NCBI GenBank assembly: GCA_002633005.1
Contig: NMRA01000288.1
Coordinates: 426,685-490,684, forward strand
Direction: 5' to 3'
DNA length: 64,000 bases
From: Phoronis australis
Lineage: Eukaryota; Animalia; Phoronida
Part shown: positions 1-12,543 of the stretch, piece by piece
Position numbering within the stretch: the first letter of the stretch is position 1
Layout of the letters: every line of letters starts with the position of its first letter
Notes under the pieces: generated by a model
Seen by the model: only the letters and a program-made list of their open reading frames with translations
Databases searched by the model: none
Told to the model about the DNA's origin: nothing
Made by a program: the position numbers and the translations under genes

Positions 1-552
1 GTTTTTGTACCTGTACCTGTGTTAATTAATGAGGAATACCATGCATGTTAATGTCTGTCTACGCTACGATTTTGTTTGTTTCTCCATTAAAGAACATAAC
101 TGAATTAAGCATTGCGAGGAGTCATGTGACATATAAAATTGTTATGGTTTTAGAAGAGTATTTGATATGGATGTTTTTGGGGCATGAAGGTCACTAGTTC
201 TCAATGAATCAACATTAGCCAAGGCATTTAACATGTTGAGGGTGTGTTTTGTAGAGCAAGTTTATTGCCAGAAAAGCAAAATAATGAAAGACCACACAAA
301 ATCACTCGAGTTAAGGAAGGCGTTTTGCAAGTTATCTTTATACTGTACTAGCGCAGACTACCAAAATGGAATGTTGAGTTATGCGGAAAATTCATGATCT
401 CTGTTCGGTTCCATAAGTAAAGACCTGTTGTGGCTCAGAATGCATCCCAGCTTCACTTCTATGCTTTTGCATGTATAGACTATTCAATTCGTCTGCTGCT
501 GCAGAGTTTTCTCCCTTTTTCGCCATTGTCAAGCCTGGGTAAAGTTGAGAAA

Positions 553-668
553 TGCTAGGACCTGCTAAAAAGCAAGACTTAGCGAGATTACTTGAGATAT
601 TACTGTGTATTTTAAATGAGAACATGTGATTTTGGCTAGATTTTAGAGAGGTCCTAGCGTTACTGAAA
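553..668. mobile_element. Degraded copy of a short MITE (same family as 48449-48588)
   Basis: Ends gctaggacc...ggtcctagcgttactgaa; internal sequence matches the reverse complement of 48449-48588. Confidence 0.6.
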
Positions 669-1531
669 TCTTCCCTGACATTTTCAGCACCTCAATGGAG
701 ACAAGTTGGCCAATCACTGAATGGCAGCTTAAGAATGGCCACCTGCTTTGAATGGCAGTAGAAAGGTCTATAGTGACTGGTAACGCTGGGGGGAGTTTAT
801 TTGAAAATAGGCAATCCAAAGTATGGTTTGAAAAATAGTGAAGGTTTTTTAATGGGCTGTACCTTGTATGATGTACTGTTTGATCTGTGTGTGTTAATCA
901 TGAGTGGAGCTGATGTGAAGAAATGTAATATTTTTACCAAACTTAATTGAAAAACAGCTTGAGCCCATAATTTCACCTACATTTTGTTGTGGCTGAAAAA
1001 TCAATAAATAAAGCTCGTCTCATCAAAACAATACTGTATGCTGAAGGGTAAGGACAAGGCATGACTAGGGCGCATGGCGTGCGTACGGTTTTGTTTCTTG
1101 TGCTGCTTTTGGTGTGGAGTATTTTTGCAACCAGAGTGAGGGTCACCGATTCAACAGGTCTCCTGGAAGAAATATTTCTTAATTTTTAACAACTGAGCAC
1201 AGTAGCCAAAACTGTCTAAGAACAAGCAAGGCGTTTAGGATGCCGAGAACCATGCCTTCATCTACAAACTGGCGTGTTGAGCGAAGATACTGAGAAAAGC
1301 AATGTTCCATATGAACACCTCGAAAATGAGCTGATATGACAGGCACTTTTTGAGGGTGGTTAAATTGCTATAATTGTAATAAACCGTTACATTTAAAACT
1401 TTCTTTTACTATAGTAAGTTAGCAACATAACGCGCACGTACGTACACAACGTAAACAGTTAGGGTGAAGTATTTATAAAATGCCGAAAAAAAACAAAACA
1501 AACCTACGAATTCGATACGTATGAGATAAAT

Positions 1532-1660
1532 ACAAAACGTACCTCGAGTGACGTACATGTAATAATATCCCACGAGACATTATTCCGCGTATCAACCTAG
1601 ACCGAAATGGAATAATGTCTCGTGGGATATTTCATGTACACCACGCTCGGTACGTTTTGT
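1532..1660. repeat. Palindromic foldback interspersed element
   Basis: acaaaacgtacc...atatcccacgagacattattcc pairs with ggaataatgtctcgtgggatat...ggtacgttttgt; a related copy lies at 62578-62708. Confidence 0.65.
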
Positions 1661-2076
1661 GTATGTCCCTTACTCTTAAGCTATGAAAACGGCTATGTCG
1701 GAAACGCAGATAGTCCGACAAATCCTTAGCGAGTCTTTAATATGCGTTACAATGTACGTACACTTGTTTGTGTTATGCCTTGAAACTTTCCCACAAAAGC
1801 GGACTTTCCTGAGAAATTCGCTGTTTTACATCACACCCGGTTTTTCAATCCACTGAGCGATGCTCTCCAGCAGTAAATTGAACATACGGTACATAATAGT
1901 TCGAGATCGTGAGAAAGGTTTTAACCTAATTAAATGACATCAAAATGCAACTCGCTCCTCTCCACTGCCCGCCGGTTGCATGAAACAGTCCAAACTAGGG
2001 TTTTCATTTAACTCTTTTTGAAAGTCACTTATCTCAGTCAAAACACGAAACATTATCAAAAATAAAATTTAATATC

Positions 2077-2090
2077 TTTATTGTTTTATT
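2077..2090 (-). terminator. Candidate polyadenylation signals (2x AATAAA) of the receptor gene
   Basis: tttatt at 2077-2082 and 2085-2090 on +, about 80 bp downstream of the TGA at 2169-2167. Confidence 0.55.
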
Positions 2091-2166
2091 CATGGTAATA
2101 ATACAACAATAATTCCAACGTGACTTACTGTGTACGTCGATGATGACGTTTCTAACGAGACACCGC

Positions 2167-2573
2167 TCAGATAGTTACCTCTGGACTCGCGTCATAGTAA
2201 AAACTCTTCACTTCGTCTTCCGCGTTCTCTAAGCTTGTGGGTGGAAATTTACCGGCAATGTCGTCAGAATGCGGCAAAGCTTCAACATCTGGAGGTCCAT
2301 CTGCTTTGGGCAGTTCGTGACCATCCGGTGGCAGTTGTAAAGTATCCGGAAGTTCCCCGGTGGGCGGCTGTTCGTCGACTCCTTCTGTCGCGTCCTGTTC
2401 TTCTTCCGGTGCCAAGTCTTCAAGAACGTGCTTCCTGTTTTTCTTAACAACCGCCCACACGATGATACCAATAGCTAGCAGCAGAAGAATTACGAAGATT
2501 GGAACCAGAATTGGAATGAGGTCGATCGAGCCGGTTTGCTTGGACGTCTTCGATAACTCTTCATCGGTGTCCC
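2167..2573 (-). CDS. Last coding exon of the Ig-FN3-TSP1 receptor: stalk, TM helix and short cytoplasmic tail
   Basis: Acceptor actttAG at 2575-2574, phase 1. Reads GDTDEELSK...LIPILVPIFVILLLLAIGIIVWAVV (TM), KKNRK stop-transfer, acidic/Pro tail ending FYYDASPEVTI-stop. Confidence 0.85.
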
Positions 2574-4475
2574 CTAAAGTAATCCAATGAAGTAGAAATT
2601 GACTCACAAAGAACCTGTAACCAATGAAAACATATTGCATCTTACATCTTTCAAACATCGTTGCTGGTTTTTATGTTGTAATATGGACATACACCGCCTA
2701 TACGAGAAGCCAATTGCATATGGACCCAATGCTGGCAAAATGGATTCCGATACTACAATGGCTGCTGTTTGTCAGTCTTCTAATGGCCACTAACTTAAAT
2801 GGTGAACAGATTTGAACTCCCCCGCGCATCCTAATGCGGACACGTGACCCCACAAGGCAGTTGGAATTTTGTTATTCGTTGATCTTAACCTCTATGTGTA
2901 GCTCTTCGCGATCTCACGCCGATTCCCCGGCCCCCTCCAGTCACCGCACAAAGCACAAACATGTGTGTACTTATACGTTTAAACGTAACTGAATCTTTGA
3001 AAATTGCGGAGAAACGTCTTTTGTGATTTTGTCGGACAGCACGTATTGCTTTGAAGGACATATTGGCTGGGCATTCATTTGCAATACTTAAGGGCTGGAG
3101 TGGCTGCTAAATAGGAGCTCTTTGTCAAAAAAATCATTGGAGGCAACGACCAGAAAAACACTTACCTATAGGTGTAAAAATAATGTCGGACAGTTTGCAT
3201 AAATATCGCGTTTTGGGAGCACATACAAATCATGGCGCTTGAGTGAGTTATTGTCTATGCGTTGAATGCGATTACGTTATATCTTGTTGGCATTAATAAA
3301 CATGATGAAAGTTTCTTCTTCAACAAATTTGAAATTGGTGTTTTCGGAAAAACTGGTTTGAGCATGAGGTCTCCATAGAGCCCAATTAACGTACGCAGAA
3401 TTCTATGTTAGGTAACGAGAAACGGGTGATGTATTGCATTGACGGTATTGCTATACACCTCCGCCATATTGATGATAACGTTGTACATTGTTCGCTTGCC
3501 CAGTGGTAATCTCTTCCAGACATCGCATCGAAATCTACGTATGAAACGGCAGTCTTGGAGAGATTGCCGCTGCTCCATGTCCTAGTGCATAGGTTTACTT
3601 CACATTGACTTTTGTGCTAAAGGTTCGTTACAAAGCCATATAATTAGAGTTTGCTTGCGCACTGTTTACAGTTACACACCAAAAGTTAGTGTTCCCAAGG
3701 TTGGTGGTGAATACGGCTAAATTCTAAATAAACCGATTTTTCTATATTATATGCATCGAAACCATTGCCAACGAACCCCTCACAAGAAGCCTACCACACA
3801 ATCGATGACGATAGTGAGCTGGTTAGGGATCTGTGTTGGAATGTTGATGGGTGACTTTCGTTAACAACTGGACAAACCGCAATATTACTGGATCTAGCCT
3901 CTTTACGAGCAGAACGGTCTTAAAACGAAAAAATCCACCACGTGACAGCGTTTGTGGGACTTCGACACGGTAACTACATTCTAGTTGTGATCTAAATGTG
4001 TTTATCGGAACTATAAATGTAGTGACCGGTGGTAACATTTAACATTGTTTACGAACTCACTAGCTCCTAGATGATTGTAATATTGTAATCGTCCTAATGC
4101 CCGTCACTACCGTATTACATTGGCCACGTACATGGTATGCTCCCTTTCCCGCCACTGAAGTGGCTCAGCACATTTGTAATGTGGGTCCATGAACACATGT
4201 CTGCAAACCAGGGGGATGGAAGTCGTACTACTCCCTTCCTCAGCAATCGCAACCTAGGATACCATCACAAAACTGCATGAAAAGACCAAAAAACAATTAA
4301 AGGGTTTGCCGGATGATCGGGGCCGGGCGAGCAAGGGTCCAGGGTTTCAACAGGAAACAACTGCGTACAACCCCCGCACCCTCCCTCTTACATTCTTCCT
4401 GGCAATGGGCCCAATATGAAGCTTTTATAAAAAAACAGGGACCGGGAACGTTTTAAAACAGAGAACTGCGTTTAA

Positions 4476-4821
4476 AAGCACACACTAAACCCTGTTTTGA
4501 TTATTTCAACCAATCCTCGTTCTGTCACTTGCTAATGCATCATTGGCGTCAGTCTTTAAAGACAAAGGCAGGGATCCTCACTCGATCTCACAAATTGGAT
4601 GTTACGGTCCTTGATGGGTGTTTTTCCCACAATTGCCGTGTAATTTGCTTAAAGCGTAGGTCACGCTTGCTCGTTTAGCAAACGTTGAAAGGAGTTTTCA
4701 AATTTCATCCAAACTTTTGAGGGTTGTCGAGGGTTACAGAACATTATTTTATTTCATCCGGGATGGAAAAGACGTTTTTAGTATCTGCAGGAAGGCATTA
4801 CCGATTGGGTTTATTACCCTT
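4476..4821. mobile_element. TTAA-flanked non-autonomous element (Kolobok-type MITE)
   Basis: TTAA at 4472-4475 and 4822-4825 with imperfect TIRs; colinear with the copy at 21491-21857 (shared ttcaaccaatcctcgttctgtc). Confidence 0.55.
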
Positions 4822-6399
4822 TTAAGGTGGGCAGGAGAAAAATTCATAGGAACTTTCAAAAGTGTCAATTTCTTGTCGACTTCATCGTGAACTTAACAAG
4901 TGTGTAAGACCTTCGTGATGCACGATCAACCTCCAGGGATGGGCTGTTGACACAACCAAGCCGACACGTTAGTCAAAGACATCAAGTTGGTAGGTTTTAC
5001 AGATTTCGAACAAAATGGAAGAAACATTCTACGACCGTGCCCTAAGGTGGTGTAACGGGTGCGTGGGCACCCCCAACCATCGGGATTTGGGGTCCGCCTA
5101 AGCAATCAGAGTTCAATTCATATTACATGTACCTGTAATTTTTCAATTAACTCTGTAATACTCTTTTACTAAAAATACTTTTCGTTGCACTCATGAAAGG
5201 ATGTCAGTTATTAGCAAACTGGACAAACCGCTAAGTTTAGTATTTTCGGCAGCTCTAGCTGTGGTCAGCTCAAGTTACGAAGAATGCACGCGCGATGGGA
5301 GGGGTTCATTTCTGTGGGCGCGCGCGTTGTGAACCCTGGGTACGCGGGTTATATGAACATATCAGGTACACAGCGGTCCAATACACAGCCATCAGACGGA
5401 TCGCCCTGAAATCCTACAAAAGGGCAAATATGCTGACAACTGTTATGAACCAGTCCGACGCCTCCGACGGCAACAAGAAGCCATTAATAGACTCATGTAA
5501 AACAAGAGGGTCAGCGCGACACAATGCGCCTTTCGCCATTTCCACCATGTTTACATTGTGAGAGCCTTTGAACTCATTGCCCACAGACAAGCTGCAGCAT
5601 GTGAGGAGTACGCAGAGTTCGCGGAAAGATGGGAAACTAATTGCAGACGTTTGATTTTATTGTCGTATTTCTGACAGTATGTCAGTATCTACCATAGATA
5701 ACAACGGTATCAATGCAGCGACCAAATTTTGTTTGATTTAAATGTTCACGATAAAAGCTCAAAAATATAAAAAATACTGTAGGCGGTCTGGTACACACGT
5801 TGTACCAGACGTGCGCAGGCCGCGCCTGTGAGCCCATTGCAGTGATCCCCTGGAACCATTTTTGTGCTTTGTTAATATATAGTTAAAACCGAGCTGGGGA
5901 ACTAGAGACTTGACTCCAGGGTCTGGCAGTGTGGCCCAGTGGGACTGGAACGCGGCTACCTCGAGAGAGAAAGCGGCCACCTGTCACACTAGACCACAGT
6001 GCCTGCTCTAAATCTCAAAAAGCGTGTTACAGTTTTTCAAATTATCGCTTTGTTTTATCCAACTTTGGAGTTTTCTTAAAGAACGAAATGTCCTATTTTT
6101 TGACAGTCCCTCAAACACAATTGGAACATTTTAACAGCAATTCCTAACCGTATGTTGGAGCACAGTGCACCGGCAAAGCATAGTACCTCTAAGTTTCAAA
6201 TGAGTCCGGTCAATCATTTTCCACATACGATGTCTCGAAGTTACCCAAACTTGGCCGTTTTTTTTTAGAGTCTGACATAACCTTAAAGAACTTTGGGTGC
6301 CTAATATTTTGAGAAAAGTAGTGGAATTTTATAGCCTGTGAAATTTTGTTTTGCATTTTTGAATGAATGGCCTACGGCGGTTAGTCGTAGTCGACCTAC

Positions 6400-6588
6400 C
6401 TGGACATTTTGATATAGTTGGCAAACATTCTCGAATGTTCTCGGCCTGGTCTGCTGTCGGGCAACCATTCCCGCCGTGAGAAGGCGGCGGATTGTCACAC
6501 GTTCGTTTGCGTTTCATTACGCCTTTACCATCACCACAAGTGACGGAGCAACTACCCCACGACCCCCAACTGCTCCAGTTTCCGGAAA
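6400..6588 (-). CDS. TSP1 (thrombospondin type 1) exon 2 of the receptor
   Basis: cacAG|...|GTaggt, 189 bp, phase 1-1; VSGNWSSWGSWGSCSVTCGDGKGVMKRKRTCDNPPPSHGGNGC...C...CP has the WxxWxxW, CSVTCG and RxRxC motifs. Confidence 0.92.
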
Positions 6589-6894
6589 CTGTGAAGACAA
6601 ATAGCGGATAGTTTAAGACAGAAAAGTCTCCAAATGCTATGATGTGAAATTCCATGTACAAAAAAATCAAACTACAGATCCACCAAAAGCTAAATGTGTT
6701 TCAGGTCACACACCGCCAAGCAATGAATTTGTCAAATTATAGCGTCATGGCAAGCGTGCAGTTTAGCACACGCTAATTCTTTCCGTAAATATTTTGCACT
6801 TTTTGAACAATTTTCTGAACGCTTTTGTTTGCTATTTGGACTTGAATAACATGTAAGTTTGCCCCTATTGAACTACGAAAAATCACAACCCTAC

Positions 6895-7053
6895 CCGGAC
6901 AAAACTTTTGCAACACACAAGGTCTCTCTTCAGTCTTTTCCGAACATTTTTCCGGTCCTTTGTTGCACTCCCTTACACGTCTTTTAATCCCCTCGCCACA
7001 CGTCTTGGAACAGGTGACCCAAGCTCCCCAGTCGGACCAGATTTCGACATGTG
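6895..7053 (-). CDS. TSP1 exon 1 of the receptor
   Basis: cacAG|...|GTaggg, 159 bp, phase 1-1; WSDWGAWVTCSKTCGEGIKRRVRECNKGPEKC...C....CP. Confidence 0.9.
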
Positions 7054-8350
7054 CTGTGCAACATAGGAACAACTGTAGTCTTACGGGCTGTGAGCCTCGG
7101 CAACGATGTGTCGTTACAGTGAAATGAAAGTCCTGTCGTCCGTAAAAAGATTGTAACGAGTGTGGAACACGTAGACCAAATCACAGACTGGAACTTGTTT
7201 TATCAAAGGTCGCAGGTCTGCATGTACTGAGCTAAGGTCGTAAGCACGTTATTGCGAACTAGAAGCTGAGTTTTTTAAATGAGCGGAAACGTCACTATTA
7301 ACTCCCGTCGTAGCAAAGACGTTCGTATAGTCAATTGGTATTGGTAAACAATTAGTTAATGAAAGTGGTCTTTCAACTTGAGTGTGAATTATGGTTACGT
7401 TTACGTCACCAATGTTAAATTTTTGCAAAACAGACAACGTAGTCTTCGCAATAACTATGCGCCTACGATCGTCTTCCATCACTTTCGATAAAACGGGATC
7501 CATTTACACAGTCTTTTTATTGCCAGTAATAGAACATACAGACAAATGTTTGTGCAGGAATGCATAACAGCATGCACTTGATATCTAAATGTGAACACAC
7601 GTGCGCACGCACAGGCAAACACGCATTTCGAAATCAGGCATCAAATTTAACCGTGTCTAATATTTTTAAAGAAAAAAGAGTCAAAGGCAGACACTTTTTT
7701 CTAGTATTTCATATTCATAGTTTCCAAAGACACGTGTACATTTTAGTAAGGCTTGTAAGACATATACTTCCTGAAGAGTTCAAGCAGTAACATTTCGAGT
7801 CTTTGGCGGTAAATGTATTATTTTCCCAAATAAGCGAGTAAATTTTAAAACCTGATTCACGCAATTTACCAAAGAAAACATCTCTAGGTAAACTTTGGGT
7901 TTTGAAAGTAACCATTTCTACAGTTTTACCTAATACTTTCAACACTACGGCGGCGTCCTGTCTAGAATCAACGAAAGTCTGTTCATTTTCTTTTTTTAAT
8001 ACATTTTATTTCTAAATACACTAATATTTACAAACAATAAGATCTTTGCAAATGAAAGACAGGCACACGCACACACACATATCCAAATAATAGAAATTCA
8101 CGGTTGGTCTAAAATAAATAGGCATTGATGGTTTCCCAAAAGGCAGTTTTGCGGGATTGTATATTCCTTACTTTACAATAATTATACAAGAAACATTGAA
8201 ATTGTGAATATCTAGAAATAATCTGGTTTCTAGAACATTTATGGATGAAATACTGGCAAATAGTTAATATGGTACTGATATCTTCAAAATTACATCCAAA
8301 ATATGCTGCAAAAATAACATTTTTATCTTAGATTAAATCGTGTTGTGCAG

Positions 8351-10025
8351 TTATACGTAAATTAAAAGTTTTTGAATTTCCCACCACAAAGTTTTCACAG
8401 AACCACATTCCACAAACATATGGTTAAAAGTCCCAACAGTTCCACAAGATGCACACTTGTCATCACTGACTAAGTTCATCTTTTTCAAAATAAGTTTTGT
8501 AAACACTTTTCTATGAATATAGAAGTACTTAAAGGTTTTAACATAAGGAGGTAACAAGAGTTTGAGTGGAAGAACATAAATTTGTTTAATTCGTTGTCTA
8601 GAGTAAATGTCAGTTAAGCTATAGTCTATGTCAGTAGGCGAAACAATTTGGGAAAGCAAAGTATTTCTAGAAAACACATAAGTAATTTGGCTTGACTAGG
8701 GATGTGTGCGTTTTGAAATCGAAGGACCAGCTTTCAACTTAATCGCACGTCTCAAAGCAGCATAATGAATCCAATTTGAAAGGTTATATCTATTTTTAAA
8801 AACCTCCCATGTCAGAATTTTATTTTCAAAATTCAAAAGATCCTTCACAAAAGTAATACCAGCCTCAAAGAAACTGTTAAAGAATACAGTCCTCCTATTA
8901 ATCAACATGTTTTTGTTATTCCATACTACTTGGTTTACAATTGTTATGTCCTTCTGTAAATGAGCACTAACTTCTTCCCAAGCAATCAAGATGTCAAGAT
9001 AGAAGGTATCAATATTTGCAAGAGACAGCAATTTACATAATTTGATTTAAAGATCAAAATACCTCCATATGTTTTAAAAACATACCCTGGAAACGCTTTG
9101 AAAACTTCATTGTTTCCATCTAAGCAACGCGTAACCCATTTAACTAATAATGACTTGTACATAATATTTATATCAGGAACTGACAAACCACCATTTTCAT
9201 CGGTATTTACAGCCACATTTTTTTAATTCTAGGTGGTTTATTTTGCCAAACAAATTTTTTATCATAGTATTTATCTTAGCTCTACTTTCGTTGTCAATTC
9301 CTAAATTGCTCACCACATTAATTATTTTAGACAGCGCAAATGTTTGAATTACATTGATCCTTCCTAACAATGAAATATTGCGACTTTTCAAGATATCAAG
9401 AGACTTTTTGAAGGACTTAATTTTGAGTTCATGATTTAAAAAATGATTTTCTTTTTTGTTATGACTAAAAAATATTCCCAGACTCTTGATTGATTTGCCA
9501 GTCCACTTGAATCCATAAAGTGGTTCAGAACACTCTTTTTCTCTACCTAAATATAACCCTTTAAATTTCTTAATATTTAGCTGGAGACCAGAGAGTAAAC
9601 CAAAATGTTCTAAAAATTTGAGACAAGTCATGCCAGAATTTTTGTCATAAAGAAATAAGATAGTGTCATCTGCGTACTGGAGAATTTTAACTTTAGTTTT
9701 CTCAACACTTATGCCTTTAATTAAATTACACTGCGTCAATGCACAAATAACGACCATCAGGATCTTCGATACATCTTTTAACTGTAACATTTAAGTTGTT
9801 GTTAAACATGATGGCAACACCCCTGCTGTGCTCTGACCCATGAGCAGCATAGATTCTACTTCCCCCACTCATGTTCCCATTTATTAATGTTAATCATTAT
9901 ACTGTATGTTTCTTGTAAAAAGGCAATATCAACCCTCTCCTTCCTCAAAAAGGAAACAAATGCTGCCTCTTCAATTCATGATTTAAACCCCTGCAATTTA
10001 ACGATATGAAGTTTAAGCTAACCAT
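8351..10025 (-). pseudogene. L1/Tx1 ORF2 remnant (EN start, RT C-half, zinc knuckle), frameshifted
   Basis: ORF-track fragments 9945-10127, 9197-9790, 8986-9216, 8696-9031 and 8351-8677 are consecutive ORF2 pieces (YADD; GGLSVPD; VWNNKNM; CASCG...HMFVEC). Confidence 0.85.
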
Positions 10026-10278
10026 TGTCATCAATTGGGAAATCACAAAACCTATAACTAGATAAACCACTATAAAACCTTTCAACAAAAAATAAATGAA
10101 CCGTGATAACGAGAATATAGAAACCATTCACTCCGACACACACACACACACACCTACGAAACAACAAAAAAATATAGGCAACTGAAAGAATTCAAGTCCA
10201 TCTCGTTCGGTCCGTCTTCACCATCTGGCTATCCACTTGAAGTTGCAAATTGAATATCTTCCGTACCCTTGATCACCT

Positions 10279-10881
10279 TTACAGTATAGTTCCGTTTGTC
10301 AACTGTACATAGATCCTGCCATCGCTGGACCAGCTACTTATGACTTTATCATTCTTGAATGCAGACTTGAGTAAATTATAGATTAGCGATGTAAGGTCTT
10401 CTAAAATATAATATCCCGTATCTTTTAGAACCTTCTTCTGTTTAAACACCTTTTCTCTAGTTTGATAAGAAATAAATTTCACAATCATTGGTCTCGGAGT
10501 TGTTGATTGGACAGAGAGTCTTGACACTCTACCTGTAGTTTTGAGTTTCCCAATTCGGTGCGCACGGCCAATCTCTGCAGGTTTAACTTTTACTTTAAGA
10601 GATTTTTCCAAAGACTCTGTCACTGTTTGAATACATACTTCAGATTCCTCTTCTTTCAAACCATAGATGCGTAGACTATTCCTTCTTGAATACTGCTCAA
10701 GAGAATTCCCCTTTTCCTTCAAGACCTCATTTGCCCTTTTGAGCTTGACCAGTTCTTCATTCAACTTCGAAACCTCCTCTTTGATGATAAGTTTCACAGA
10801 TTTTGCAATCCTCTCATCTAGTTTAGCAAATCTTTCCTCTAACTGTTTTGCATCCATCTTGACCAGTATAACACTCAGCAA
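10279..10881 (-). CDS. L1-type ORF1 (coiled coil, RRM, CTD)
   Basis: Coiled coil followed by LEQYSRRNSLRIYGLKE...IGRAHRIG...PRPMIVKF...ILEDLT...WSSDGRIYV. Confidence 0.85.
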   Translation of the reverse strand: MLSVILVKMDAKQLEERFAKLDERIAKSVKLIIKEEVSKLNEELVKLKRANEVLKEKGNSLEQYSRRNSLRIYGLKEEESEVCIQTVTESLEKSLKVKVKPAEIGRAHRIGKLKTTGRVSRLSVQSTTPRPMIVKFISYQTREKVFKQKKVLKDTGYYILEDLTSLIYNLLKSAFKNDKVISSWSSDGRIYVQLTNGTIL

Positions 10882-11759
10882 GGGTTATTTACACTCAGTG
10901 ACTAACCTAGATTCCTTTCAATCATCCATGGTGGTTTCGAATGGTGACCTTTTACCACCAAAAGCAGGGGTCTAGTTCAGATAGCACTAATGTTGGTCAG
11001 TGAGTTGCCACTGAACACAGCTATATCACTCATAGGAGGACAAGCCCCACTACAAACAGCAAACTTTATCTGGTGAAAGTATCTAAAACCTCGAAACAAG
11101 TTCATCAAAGTCTCTGACACAAATTTCACCTCTCTGCAATTTCCTGCCTGCTCCTGTACGTTCTTTTGCAAAATATTTCAGCGCGCAGCAGAATTGAAAG
11201 CACGGATCCACAGCAATGTGCTATTTGGTGCGAGGAGGACAAAGCAACTATCGTACAAAAATAAAAGAGCGAAAGCGAGGCTCAAAATACCGCAAATCAT
11301 CCAAGATTAGCATAATAATCTTTTGCGCGAAAGATTCTCGAGCCGCACGCCATTCGATCACGCTGAATTCAAATTGCTCCACCTAAAAAGCAATTATGAA
11401 TCAGTTTATATGTCCATAAGTGATTCGTGCCTAGCCTTGGTACAAACCTGTTAGTCTACTCACAGCCGCTGTCTGGCCAACTCGAGCCCAGCGGAAACAA
11501 TGTGGAGCACTATCCGGGCATCAGTCCAAAACCGCAAACACAAAACAACGATGAACCATACCCGGAAAATATGCGTTCACACCCGCTTACCTTAACGTAT
11601 ACGTTAATTGCCGAACCACACAATAAAACAACACATGCATAGTGAAACTATATAACCTATACTTCAAAAAGACTTGAAAATTTTATGATAACAACAAAAT
11701 CGAAATTCCATTTTCCCTCAACCCCCAATTATTAAAACCCGCTAGGTCCGAAAAGTCTC

Positions 11760-12537
11760 CTTCCGTTCGCACGCGTACTAAAAACCGGAAGATAGTTGTT
11801 TTCCGCAATTCCGCAACGCGAGCGGCCACGATACCCAACATATGGGGATGTCCGGACATGTGGGGTTGGCCCCCGGAAATGCGGCGCGTGTGTTTCAATC
11901 AGGACCCTGTCCTAAGGGATCTGCGCGATGGCTTCCGCATGCTCCAGTGACGTTTTCATGGAGATACTACCGATCGAAAAGTAGGTGTTTGGAAAACTTT
12001 CGGCCCAGTCCGGCACTTCAGACACCACCCCGGAAAAGCAGTGCAACTGAATCCCGGTTTCGCGAGGCAACTGCTCTTGAGCAATTTCCAAAAGTAACCG
12101 CCCAGCAGTATTACCAGGCTTCCACACTCTGGCGACGATCGCGACAGTGTAGGATCACCGCTCGGCCGAAGCCTATCTAGGAATTCGCCCACTCCCGGAA
12201 CACAGCACTCAAGAAAGTCGACTGGGTCGAAACGTCGCTATCGGTCTTCAGATCTAACCCAAGTTCTCCTAGCGTCACGACACGACTATCCTCCCAAAAC
12301 CGAAGCATCTCACTGGGATCGGTCCCCGCTGTTACTTTCGATGGGTGAAACCCAACCGCAACTCGGAAATAGCCCCCATGCAAGTGCATCGCAGTAAACC
12401 GCTACTCTACCCACAATGGACACTTCAACCGGACTGTCCACTGGTCGCTCCATAAAACATCGCCATGACTCCTCCGATGGTTGAGTATTCCGCGTACAAC
12501 GGTCAACATGGAAGTGAGCGTCGAAACCGCAACTCAT
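11760..12537 (-). pseudogene. Intronless TatD-family nuclease (amidohydrolase fold) pseudogene
   Basis: Across frameshifts and stops, all TatD motifs appear in order: FDAHFH, AVGFHP, LGELGLD, VILHCRD, QLHCFSG, FSIG, IP*DRVLIETHAPH, HPHMLGIVAARVAELR. Confidence 0.88.
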
Positions 12538-12543
12538 CTCCTG

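Larger units (their letters stand above)
7986..11350 (-). mobile_element. L1/Tx1-clade non-LTR retrotransposon, degraded and internally deleted (5' limit approximate)
   Basis: ORF1, start of the APE endonuclease (SLNCRGL...AFLQET...RGVAIM...DPDGRY), RT C-half (ILQYADDT...SGLQLN), C-terminal CxxC..HxFxxC knuckle, and an A-rich tail with AATAAA near 7986-8010. Confidence 0.88.

Noticed and set aside
2315-2345. Tankyrase-binding motif at LPPDG in the tail
   Set aside because: Lacks the required Arg of RxxPDG.
3400-5680. Possible extra exons between TSP1 and TM (about 3420-3581, 4061-4200, 5350-5415)
   Set aside because: No frame gives consistent phases plus a recognisable domain; the TSP1 exon already joins the TM exon in frame.
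11760-12537. Bacterial contamination as the source of TatD
   Set aside because: It is heavily frameshifted and embedded among eukaryotic retroelements inside an intron, with no operon context.
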